Source: an uncultured Thermomicrobiales bacterium
GTDB lineage: Bacteria > Chloroflexota > Chloroflexia > Thermomicrobiales > CFX8
Reading direction: 5' to 3'
Length of the DNA: 38,516 nucleotides
Assembly: GCA_964399615.1 (NCBI GenBank)
Contig: CAYNTE010000002.1
Span: forward strand, 1-38,516
The position numbers and the translations under genes were made by a program. Positions 23,588-31,313 of the stretch are shown here, piece after piece. The notes under the pieces were generated by a model. The model worked only from the letters and a program-made list of their open reading frames with translations. It did not search any database and had not been told where the DNA came from. Position 1 is the first letter of the stretch; every line of letters starts with the position of its first letter.

Positions 23588-24196
23588 TCAGTCACTGGCT
23601 TGCTGGGCGAGTGCCGCTTCTTCGAACGCTGCTGCTTGCGTCTGCTCGATGAAGGCGGCGAAGGCCGTCAAAAGCTCTCGAACCTCGTCCTGGACTTCGG
23701 ATGAGAATGTGCCATCGTCACCAATGTGATCGGCGCTGAAGGTCAATCCGATCTGCGGCTCAGTCATGATCTTGCACTTGCAGACCTCGAGCAACTCAGT
23801 CAGCTTCTCTCGGGCCATGGCGGTTGCCGATGGACCGATGGTCGCGCCCATGATCGCGACTGGCTTGTCGACCAGAGGTCGTGCGGCCGCGGGTCGAGAT
23901 ATCCAGTCGAACGCGTTCTTGAGCACACCGGGGTAGGAGCGGTTGTATTGGGGAGTGGCGACGAGCACGCCATCGGCGCGCTCCACCAGGTCGCAAAACG
24001 CTCGAACAGCGGCTGGGGGTTGGGGCTCCTCCAGATCCTGGTTGAAGAAGGGGATGTTATGGAGCGTCACGACCTGGACATCTATCCCCTCTGGCGCAAC
24101 CTCTTTCGCTGTCTTCACAAGCGATAAATTGAATGAGTGCTGCCGAAGACTTCCGGCGATCGCGACAATCTTGAGTGGTTCCTTTCGGGCAACGAT
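23588..24196 (-). CDS. NAD(P)H-dependent FMN reductase (flavodoxin-like fold); start codon unresolved
   Basis: Core motif ATPQYNRSYPGVLKNAFDWISRP. The tracked ORF starts at GTG 24118, but the conserved N-terminal strand and loop PLKIVAIAGSLRQHSFN are encoded in frame upstream (24178-24128) with no ATG/GTG/TTG. The proposed start is ATC 24196-24194, 8 nt after AGGAGG. An alternative is ATT 24169-24167. Confidence 0.75.
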   Translation of the reverse strand: MVARKEPLKIVAIAGSLRQHSFNLSLVKTAKEVAPEGIDVQVVTLHNIPFFNQDLEEPQPPAAVRAFCDLVERADGVLVATPQYNRSYPGVLKNAFDWISRPAAARPLVDKPVAIMGATIGPSATAMAREKLTELLEVCKCKIMTEPQIGLTFSADHIGDDGTFSSEVQDEVRELLTAFAAFIEQTQAAAFEEAALAQQASD

Positions 24197-24208
24197 AAGC
24201 CGATCCTC

Positions 24209-25225
24209 CTAATGACCATTCGATGCGGACATTTGACGCAGCCCGGGCAGCGATGCATCGATCTGCAGCCAGGACTCTCCACTATCGTCCGAGAACATCA
24301 GCCCCCCGTTCTGTATTCCCATCAACAGAGCGTTCGGCTGGTCACGGAATGTCAGCAGCGAATAGGGCATGTAGGGGAGGGGGAAGTCCAGATTGGCGTC
24401 GAGCAGCTCCCACGGGGCAGCGCCGCGCTTGCGGTAGAGATGCGCCTGGGCCTGGCCGTGAGATCGGTGAGCCGCGCTTGCGCCAGTTGATGCCGAGACG
24501 TACCAGAGATCGGGATCAGCAGGATCGACGGCGATGGCCCAGCTGTAGTGGCGATCCATGCCGTCATCGACCGGCCTCCAGCTCGCGCCACAGTCGTCAG
24601 AAAAAGCGACACCCTGGCCTGCCGCTTCGTAGACGCGATCCGTGGCTGTGGCATGCACCTTGATGGCGTGTGAGTCGGTATATGCGCCGTCCTTGCGATC
24701 TTCCCAGGTCTCACCACCATCGAGAGAGCGCATGACCCCACCAAGCTCGATGCCGACATAGATGATGGATGGATCGGTGGCGTGCGGTGTGATCCAGCGG
24801 GTGTGGTGAGTCCATGGGCGTGGCGGGAACGACCAGGTTGATGAGGACGGAAGCTCTGGCAGCTTCGGGAACTCACGCCAGGTCTCACCGTCATCTTCGG
24901 AGCGGTAGAGATTGCTCGGTTCCGTGCCGGCGTAAACGACTGACTTTCCGTTCTCAACGTGAGCGGGGGAAATGGCGATCGAAGGGGTCCGCTTGTGAGG
25001 TATGCCGTCGCCACCCGGCTCCCAGGTCTCGCCACCATCGAGACTCTTGAAGACGCCATCCTCGTCGGTGCCGACGTAGATGCGGTTTGGATCGCGCGGA
25101 TCGACGGAGACGCACTCGACTCGTACTCCTTCCAGCCCGAAGGTCGTCGAGGCAGTCCCATCAGCATCGACGTCAACACGCGCCACCGACTCCCCAGTCG
25201 CGACAAAGAGTCGAATAGGTTCCAT
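24209..25225 (-). CDS. BNR/Asp-box repeat beta-propeller protein (sialidase-like / Ycf48-like fold), cytoplasmic
   Basis: Repeated Asp-box motifs SxDxGxTW: SLDGGETWE, SEDDGETWR, SLDGGETWE, SDDCGASWR, SDDSGESWL. Start placed at ATG 25225 (MEPIRLFVATG), preceded by AAGGAG. Confidence 0.8.
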   Translation of the reverse strand: MEPIRLFVATGESVARVDVDADGTASTTFGLEGVRVECVSVDPRDPNRIYVGTDEDGVFKSLDGGETWEPGGDGIPHKRTPSIAISPAHVENGKSVVYAGTEPSNLYRSEDDGETWREFPKLPELPSSSTWSFPPRPWTHHTRWITPHATDPSIIYVGIELGGVMRSLDGGETWEDRKDGAYTDSHAIKVHATATDRVYEAAGQGVAFSDDCGASWRPVDDGMDRHYSWAIAVDPADPDLWYVSASTGASAAHRSHGQAQAHLYRKRGAAPWELLDANLDFPLPYMPYSLLTFRDQPNALLMGIQNGGLMFSDDSGESWLQIDASLPGLRQMSASNGH

Positions 25226-25317
25226 GGATATCTCCTTGCAGCAAGATCGAAATGATTGACTCCGATGGTGGATCAACAATGCAACGCTGGCAATCGGACA
25301 AAGGTCGTAATCCGATC

Positions 25318-25917
25318 TCAGTTACTCCCCAACGCCGCGCTCCTGACGAGTTGCGTCAATAGATCGATCGCCTCTTGGCGTGTCAGCTGGCGTTGCTGGA
25401 TCAGCGATCGCCAGGTGAAGAAGTCGATGGTGTGGCGCACGGTGGCGGTGACAATGCGCTGCTTGTGAGCGTCATCGGTCCAGCCCTCCTCGAGCAGGCT
25501 AGCGAGCGCGTCGAAGCGTTGCTCGACATTCGCCATGACGTTGTCGACGACCGGTGATGTGTCGCGGTCGCGGAAGTTGTTGGCGAACATCTGATGGCTG
25601 CGCTCGAAGTAGGCATACAGCTCGTCCAGCGCGAACCGCAACCGCTCCTCAGGATCATGGATCTCGAGCCAGCGGGATGCCTCAGGCGGAGGTACGGTCT
25701 GATTGAAGTGGCTGGTGCATGCGTCGAAGAGACGCTCTTCATCTGGGAAATGGCGGTAGACGGTCGCCCGCTGCACCCCAGCCCGCTCAGCGATAGCGCT
25801 GATGGTTGCCTGGGCAGGGCCGACCGTGCCATGGAGTTCGACCGTCGCCTCGACAATCCGACGGCGGGTCTCCTCCTGATTCTCAGCACGTTTCTGTTGG
25901 CGGTATGTGCGTGTCAT
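25318..25917 (-). CDS. TetR/AcrR family transcriptional regulator
   Basis: The N-terminal HTH RRRIVEATVELHGTVGPAQATISAIAERAGVQRATVYRHFPDEERLF is typical of TetR_N. First gene of the minus-strand TetR/BNR/FMN-reductase cluster, divergent from the cupin gene. Confidence 0.9.
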   Translation of the reverse strand: MTRTYRQQKRAENQEETRRRIVEATVELHGTVGPAQATISAIAERAGVQRATVYRHFPDEERLFDACTSHFNQTVPPPEASRWLEIHDPEERLRFALDELYAYFERSHQMFANNFRDRDTSPVVDNVMANVEQRFDALASLLEEGWTDDAHKQRIVTATVRHTIDFFTWRSLIQQRQLTRQEAIDLLTQLVRSAALGSN

Positions 25918-25951
25918 CGTTCCAATTTCGGAATACAGTGGTGTCTACCCA

Positions 25952-25980
25952 TTGACAGATTGAACCAGACCCGCTATCCT
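25952..25980 (+). promoter_or_regulatory. Candidate promoter for the cupin gene
   Basis: TTGACA (25952-57), a 17-nt spacer, then TATCCT (25975-80), in the TetR/cupin divergent intergenic region. Confidence 0.4.
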
Positions 25981-25995
25981 GTGTCCATATTCGTT

Positions 25996-26009
25996 GAACA
26001 ACGGTGTTC
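25996..26009. promoter_or_regulatory. Palindrome GAACA-acgg-TGTTC, candidate TetR operator
   Basis: Inverted repeat with 5-bp arms and a 4-nt spacer, 16 nt downstream of the candidate -10. The arms are short, so this is only suggestive. Confidence 0.25.
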
Positions 26010-26045
26010 TGCGAAAGATGTTGAGCGCCAACAAGGAGGTGCGCG

Positions 26046-26489
26046 ATGCGTTCAGTTGATTTGAAGACGACCGAGCTGATGGAGTTCTGGATTGCCAGCG
26101 ATCCTGACGCCAGCCGTCTGCGGGGAACATTCCCGATTGTGGGGGGCGAGGGCTCAGAGGATCTGATCATGGTCCACTTCGTCCTTGAGCCCGGCAACTA
26201 CCTGGCCAGCCATACCGACAGCCTGGATGAGATCCTGATCGTCCTGGCGGGCGAGGTCGAGGCGACGATAGGCGATGAGCGGGCTACGCTATCGGCTGGA
26301 GGTCTGGCGATCGTGCCGGGCATGGTGCCGCACAGTGTTAAGAGTACCGGCGACGAACCCGCCAAAGTCATTGGCGTCTTTGCCGGACGAAAGCTCGAGA
26401 GCACCTTCGAGGAGCCGCTGCTGCCGGTTGGTGTCGAGACGCTGGTGAACCCGATGCCAGTCAGCGAGCTGATCCTGGACGCGGTCTAG
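26046..26489 (+). CDS. Cupin domain protein
   Basis: RBS AAGGAGG lies upstream. Cupin motifs are H-x-D in SHTDSLDEILIVLAGEVE and the second motif GGLAIVPGMVPHSVKSTG. Confidence 0.8.
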   Translation: MRSVDLKTTELMEFWIASDPDASRLRGTFPIVGGEGSEDLIMVHFVLEPGNYLASHTDSLDEILIVLAGEVEATIGDERATLSAGGLAIVPGMVPHSVKSTGDEPAKVIGVFAGRKLESTFEEPLLPVGVETLVNPMPVSELILDAV

Positions 26490-26512
26490 CGCAGACCGTC
26501 ATCCAACATGAG

Positions 26513-26548
26513 ACGCCCCCTCGCTGGAGGATCTCCAGGAGGGGGCGT
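26513..26548. terminator. Long GC-rich hairpin between convergent cupin and gcvPB genes
   Basis: ACGCCCCCTCGCTGGAG-gat-CTCCAGGAGGGGGCGT forms about 16 bp with one bulged G. It is followed by TTATTGTGCTT on the plus strand. Confidence 0.6.
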
Positions 26549-26573
26549 TATTGTGCTTCAGCGTAGGTCGGGT

Positions 26574-28061
26574 TTAGTCGGCCGCCGCGGCTTCTTCGAG
26601 TTGTTCGGGCGTCCAGCGCAGGTTGAGATTGCGGTTCGCGCCGACTTCGTCGAGGCGCCGGTACTCCGTCTCATGCGGTGCGGTCGTGACCATCTCAAGA
26701 TCGCTATCGATCTCATCGTCAATCTGGCGCATGGCCGCGATGAAATAGTCGAGCGATTCGATGCTCTCGGTCTCGGTCGGTTCGATCATCATCGCCTCCG
26801 GCACGACCAGCGGGAAGTAGACGGTCGGCGGATGGATGCCGAAATCGAGCAACCGCTTGGCGACGTCGAGCGCCCGTGCTCCGCGGGCCTTCTGCTTGCT
26901 GGCGTTGACCACGAACTCGTGCATGCAGGTGCGGTCGTACTGGATGTCGTAACGATCCTTGAGCTGGGCCATCAGGTAGTTTGCGGCCAAAACAGCGTCT
27001 TCACTGATCTGACGCAGTCCCTCGGCACCGTGCATGCGGATATAGGTGTAGGCACGCGCGTGCATGCCGAAGTTGCCCATGAAGCCGTGGACTTTGCCGA
27101 CGGTATCGCCAGGATCTTCAAGGTCGTAGTAATCGTTGCCATCCTCATCCTGCGTCTTGACGACCACGGGATGCGGCAGGAATTTCGCAAGCTCCTCGCG
27201 CACGCCAACAGGTCCTGAGCCTGGGCCACCGCCACCATGTGGGGTTGAGAATGTCTTGTGGAGATTGAAATGCATGATGTCGAAGCCGATGTCACCGGGC
27301 CGGGCGATGCCCAAGATGGCGTTGAAATTCGCGCCGTCGTTATAGACGAGCCCGCCGGCTTCGTGCACGATGTCGACAATCTCCTGAATGTTCTCGTCCC
27401 AAAGCCCGAGCGTGTTCGGGTTGGTGATCATCAGGAGTGCGGTATCGGGCCCAACGATCTCGCGCAGGTGATCGATATCAGCGTTGCCGCGATCATCGGA
27501 GCGCACCTCGACGACGTTGAATCCCGCCATCGCTGCCGTGGCCGGGTTCGTGCCGTGAGCGGAGTCGGGGACGATCACCGTGGTACGCGCGGTATCTCCG
27601 CGAGATGCGTGGTAGGCGCGGGTCATCAGCACACCGGTCAGCTCGCCGTGCGCGCCAGCGGCTGGCTGGAGAGTCAGGCGGTCGAACCCCGCGATCTCGC
27701 ACAGCATCTCCTGTAGCTCATACATAATCTGGAGCGCGCCCTGAACCTCACTCGGGTCTTGCCACGGGTGGATGAAGGAGATGCCAGGCAATCGGGCAAT
27801 GACCTCGTTGATTTTGGGGTTGTACTTCATCGTGCAGGAACCGAGCGGATAGAAGTTGATATCAATAGCATGGTTCTTCTGCGAGAGGCGCGTGTAGTGG
27901 CGGATGACATCGATCTCGCTCACTTCAGGCAGATCCAGCGAATCACGGGTGAGGTCAGCGGGGATATCACTTAGCGGGACGTCAGGATCCGGGACGCTGG
28001 TGCCATGTCGCTGTGGCTTGGAAAGTTCAAAGATCAACGGCTCGACGGCCATGGACATCAC
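26574..28061 (-). CDS. gcvPB: Glycine dehydrogenase (decarboxylating) subunit 2 (P-protein C-terminal subunit)
   Basis: N-terminus [10 protein letters not shown]...[13 protein letters not shown] and PLP-lysine region [22 protein letters not shown]. The start is ambiguous among GTG 28061, ATG 28058 and ATG 28052. Confidence 0.95.
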   Translation of the reverse strand: MMSMAVEPLIFELSKPQRHGTSVPDPDVPLSDIPADLTRDSLDLPEVSEIDVIRHYTRLSQKNHAIDINFYPLGSCTMKYNPKINEVIARLPGISFIHPWQDPSEVQGALQIMYELQEMLCEIAGFDRLTLQPAAGAHGELTGVLMTRAYHASRGDTARTTVIVPDSAHGTNPATAAMAGFNVVEVRSDDRGNADIDHLREIVGPDTALLMITNPNTLGLWDENIQEIVDIVHEAGGLVYNDGANFNAILGIARPGDIGFDIMHFNLHKTFSTPHGGGGPGSGPVGVREELAKFLPHPVVVKTQDEDGNDYYDLEDPGDTVGKVHGFMGNFGMHARAYTYIRMHGAEGLRQISEDAVLAANYLMAQLKDRYDIQYDRTCMHEFVVNASKQKARGARALDVAKRLLDFGIHPPTVYFPLVVPEAMMIEPTETESIESLDYFIAAMRQIDDEIDSDLEMVTTAPHETEYRRLDEVGANRNLNLRWTPEQLEEAAAAD

Positions 28062-28237
28062 TCTCTACTTCAGTTCATGCGAAGGCCGGGGCTTGCAGCG
28101 CACCCGACACTGCCATCATAGGCATTATACGCGGCCCGTCGTCAGATTCTTGCTGAGGCGCAGTGTTACAATCCGAGAGTTTAGTGAGGGTCGATCCAAC
28201 TCGACCGGCCCCGACCGGTCCATGGGAGTGCCATTAC

Positions 28238-29233
28238 ATGTCCAAACCATTCTTCTACGGTGGTCAGGCCGTCCTGGAGGGCGTCATGATGCGCGGCCGC
28301 AATTCGATGGCCGTGGCTTGTCGTGCCCCAGACGGCGAGGTCGTTGTCTGGGAGGACGAGCTCCGACCCGGACCGATCTTGCAAAAGGTCCGGCCACTGC
28401 CGTTCGTCCGGGGTGTCTTTATTCTTTGGGATACGCTCGTTCTCGGCACCCGCAGCCTGATGTTCTCTGCCAATGTCGGCATCCAGGAAGAGGGAGAAGA
28501 TGGCGAAGCAGCCGAAGAGCCCGAGATGCTGACCGGCATCTTGCTCTGGGGCACCGTCGCGGTCTCACTGCTCTTTGCTGTCGGCCTCTTCTTCATCATC
28601 CCGGTGGGGCTGAGCTGGGTGCTAGAGCGATATATTTCATCCCACTTCACCGTGAATCTGCTCGAAGGGGTGATCCGGTTGGCGATGCTGATCGGTTACC
28701 TGGCCTTGATCTCACAACTGAACGACATTCGTCGCGTCTTTGGTTACCACGGCGCGGAGCACAAGACGATCCATGCGCACGAGAAAGGGCTGCCGCTTGA
28801 CGTCGAACACGTGAGACCGCAGCCACTGGAGCACGTGCGGTGCGGGACTGGGTTTCTACTGCTGGTGGTGCTGATCTCGGTGTTGGTCTTTGCGTTGCTC
28901 GGCCGTCCAGCCATGTTCTGGCTCGTGACATCGCGCATCTTGCTGGTGCCGGTAATCGCGGCAATCGCCTTCGAGGTGATCCGGATTGCTGGCTCACATA
29001 CCAACCATCCCCTGGTTCGCGCGGCGCTCTGGCCGGGGCTCATGCTCCAGCGCCTGACGACCCGTGAGCCAGACGACAGCATGCTGGAGGTCGCCATTGC
29101 CTCGTTCAAGTGTGTTGCAGCGCGCGATGGCATCCTCGACGAGGAGACCGCTCGTATCAATGCGCTCCGCGTCGATGATATGGGTCAACCGATCGCAGTA
29201 CCGCAGACGATGGTTGCTGCTGGAGATTCGTAA
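28238..29233 (+). CDS. DUF1385 (YqhQ-like) membrane protein
   Basis: Start at ATG 28238, with GGGAG 9 nt upstream. Conserved YGGQAVLEGVMMRG and FGYHGAEHKTIH motifs plus several TM helices. Confidence 0.8.
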   Translation: MSKPFFYGGQAVLEGVMMRGRNSMAVACRAPDGEVVVWEDELRPGPILQKVRPLPFVRGVFILWDTLVLGTRSLMFSANVGIQEEGEDGEAAEEPEMLTGILLWGTVAVSLLFAVGLFFIIPVGLSWVLERYISSHFTVNLLEGVIRLAMLIGYLALISQLNDIRRVFGYHGAEHKTIHAHEKGLPLDVEHVRPQPLEHVRCGTGFLLLVVLISVLVFALLGRPAMFWLVTSRILLVPVIAAIAFEVIRIAGSHTNHPLVRAALWPGLMLQRLTTREPDDSMLEVAIASFKCVAARDGILDEETARINALRVDDMGQPIAVPQTMVAAGDS

Positions 29234-29318
29234 TCGAACCGATTAGTGAGTTGGAGCGACAGGTCGCCGCGTTCTCTGGCGTCACTAGCTCCTCTTGGGT
29301 AGGAAGAGTGGAGGGGTG

Positions 29319-30785
29319 ATGAGCGAGACGGCCACCAGCAAGCTATGGGGCGGTCGCTTCAGCGGGGAAACGAACGAACTGGTCGATCAACTGAATGCGT
29401 CGCTTCCGTTTGACCGGCGATTGGCGCGGGAAGATATTGCTGGTTCGATCGCACACGCTACGATGCTTGGCCGCCAGGGGATCATCAGCGAAGACGATGC
29501 CGCGACGATCATCGGCGGGTTGCGACAGGTCTACGGCGAGATCGAGGCGGAAACCTTCGACTACCGTCTGGCCGACGAAGACATCCATATGGCGGTCGAG
29601 CGCCGCCTGGGTGAGCTGATCGGCCCGGCGGCGGGGCGGCTGCATACCGCACGCAGTCGCAACGATCAGATTCAGCTCGATCACCGGCTCTGGATGCGCT
29701 CAGCTATTGGTGATGTTGTCGAGGCGCTCACCCAGGCTGCGGGCGCGCTGCTTGATCTTGCCGACCGCAACGCAGACGTCATCATGCCTGGCTACACACA
29801 CCTCCAGCGGGCTCAGCCAGTCCTGCTTGCGCACCACCTCCACGCACACGCCACGATGCTCCTGCGCGACGCGAGCCGCCTGGCCGACGCGCGCAAACGC
29901 GTGAACGTCTCGCCGCTCGGCGCTGGGGCGCTGGCCGGTGTGACTCATCCTATTGACCGGTCATTGACGGCCGAGCTGCTCGGCTTCAGCGAAATTGCCG
30001 TCAATTCGATGGATGCAGTCGGATCGAGAGATCATGTGCTGGAAATGCTCTTCGATCTCTCGACGGTCGCTATTCACCTCTCGCGACTGGCTGAGGAGAT
30101 CATTCTCTGGTCGTCGGCCGAGTTCAATTTCATCGAGCTGGACGATACATTCTCGACCGGATCGAGCATCATGCCGCAGAAGAAGAACCCGGACGTTGCC
30201 GAGCTGATGCGCGGCAAAGCTGGCCGGGTGCATGGCGCGCTGGTGGGCATGATGACAACTTCAAAGGGATTGCCGCTCACCTACAACAAGGATCTGCAGG
30301 AGGACAAAGAGGGGCTGTTCGACGCGACAGACACGGTGCTGGCACTGCTGCGCATTCTGCCACCGATGCTGGCGACGTTGACCGTCAATGGCGAGCGTAT
30401 GGCGGAAGCGGCGATTGGCGGATTTTCGCTCGCCACCGATGTCGCGGACGAGCTCGCCCGGCGAGGTGTGCCGTTCCGTGAAGCGCACGAGGTCGTTGGT
30501 TCGCTCGTTGCGCGTTGCATTGCAGAAGGGCGGACGCTGGAGTCGTTGCAGCCCGAGGAGTGGGCTGAGGTACATTCGGTATTGAGTGAGAGCCCTCCAC
30601 CTGTTACCCTCCAGGCATCTGTTGCTGCACGTGACATCCCCGGCGGCACCGCACCGAATCAGGTTGCGCGTGCCACGGAGACCGCTCGACAGCGCATAGC
30701 GGAGTGGGGAACGATCCTTGCAGACTGGCGTGAGCAAGATGCCTCGGTAACGCGGCTCCTCAGTTCCGTATCGAGTCCTTCGTAG
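29319..30785 (+). CDS. argH: Argininosuccinate lyase
   Basis: Start at ATG 29319 (GGAGGGG upstream). N-terminal KLWGGRFSG and fumarate-lyase signature GSSIMPQKKNPD. Confidence 0.95.
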   Translation: MSETATSKLWGGRFSGETNELVDQLNASLPFDRRLAREDIAGSIAHATMLGRQGIISEDDAATIIGGLRQVYGEIEAETFDYRLADEDIHMAVERRLGELIGPAAGRLHTARSRNDQIQLDHRLWMRSAIGDVVEALTQAAGALLDLADRNADVIMPGYTHLQRAQPVLLAHHLHAHATMLLRDASRLADARKRVNVSPLGAGALAGVTHPIDRSLTAELLGFSEIAVNSMDAVGSRDHVLEMLFDLSTVAIHLSRLAEEIILWSSAEFNFIELDDTFSTGSSIMPQKKNPDVAELMRGKAGRVHGALVGMMTTSKGLPLTYNKDLQEDKEGLFDATDTVLALLRILPPMLATLTVNGERMAEAAIGGFSLATDVADELARRGVPFREAHEVVGSLVARCIAEGRTLESLQPEEWAEVHSVLSESPPPVTLQASVAARDIPGGTAPNQVARATETARQRIAEWGTILADWREQDASVTRLLSSVSSPS

Positions 30786-30791
30786 AGCGAA

Positions 30792-31313
30792 ATGGTGATG
30801 CAGTCGAAACAGCGAGCCAAACCAAGCCAGACTGAGATCATCGAGGTGCCCTATGGTCCCGCGCTGGAGTCCGTCTTTGAAATCCGGAGCCGTGTATTCG
30901 TCGATGAGCAACATCTGACATCCAATGCGCGCAGCGATCCCGACGACCGTCGCAGCATCCACTACCTCGCCAGCGTCGACGGCGAGCCGGTCGGGACCGG
31001 CAGGTTGACGATTCTGGGCAGAGAGGCGCAGATCGCTTGGGTTGCGGTGCTCAAAGAGTGGCGCAAATTTGGGATCGGTCGTGCGCTGATGGAGGCGATG
31101 ATCGAGCGCTCGAAGTCTGAACAAGCCGATTACATCGTGCTGAATGCTCAGGTCCACGCGCTCGAGTTCTACCGGCGGCTAGGCTTTCACACGGTGGGAC
31201 AGCAATTTGTGATGGCGCGCATCCCACACCAGGTGATGGTGCGCGGTATCAGCCCGCAGGGTGAGGACGTGGCCGTGCAGTTCCACGGGTTGTTCGACCG
31301 AGGCTTGCCCTAG
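30792..31313 (+). CDS. GNAT family N-acetyltransferase
   Basis: Acetyl-CoA binding motif VAVLKEWRKFGIGRALMEAM and C-terminal FYRRLGF. The stop overlaps the convergent helicase stop (CTAG). Confidence 0.8.
   Translation: MVMQSKQRAKPSQTEIIEVPYGPALESVFEIRSRVFVDEQHLTSNARSDPDDRRSIHYLASVDGEPVGTGRLTILGREAQIAWVAVLKEWRKFGIGRALMEAMIERSKSEQADYIVLNAQVHALEFYRRLGFHTVGQQFVMARIPHQVMVRGISPQGEDVAVQFHGLFDRGLP

Noticed and set aside
24352-25206. 284-aa alternative-frame ORF on the minus strand
   Set aside because: It overlaps the BNR-propeller frame, which carries five clear Asp-box motifs. The alternative frame is Arg/Ser/Pro-rich with no motifs.
28062-28237. Glycine riboswitch upstream of gcvPB
   Set aside because: The leader is short, and I could not find the conserved glycine-aptamer core strings (GGAGAG...ACCGAAGGGGCAA-like) on the minus strand.
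27904-28800. 298-aa plus-strand ORF
   Set aside because: It overlaps the gcvPB start in antisense and is out of frame with the DUF1385 gene, whose frame contains the conserved GGQAVLEGVMMRG and YHGAEHK motifs.
31310-31313. CTAG palindrome providing the stop codons of both convergent genes (GNAT and helicase)
   Set aside because: This is a real 4-nt overlap, but it is a trivial consequence of compact convergent genes. No regulatory meaning can be supported.
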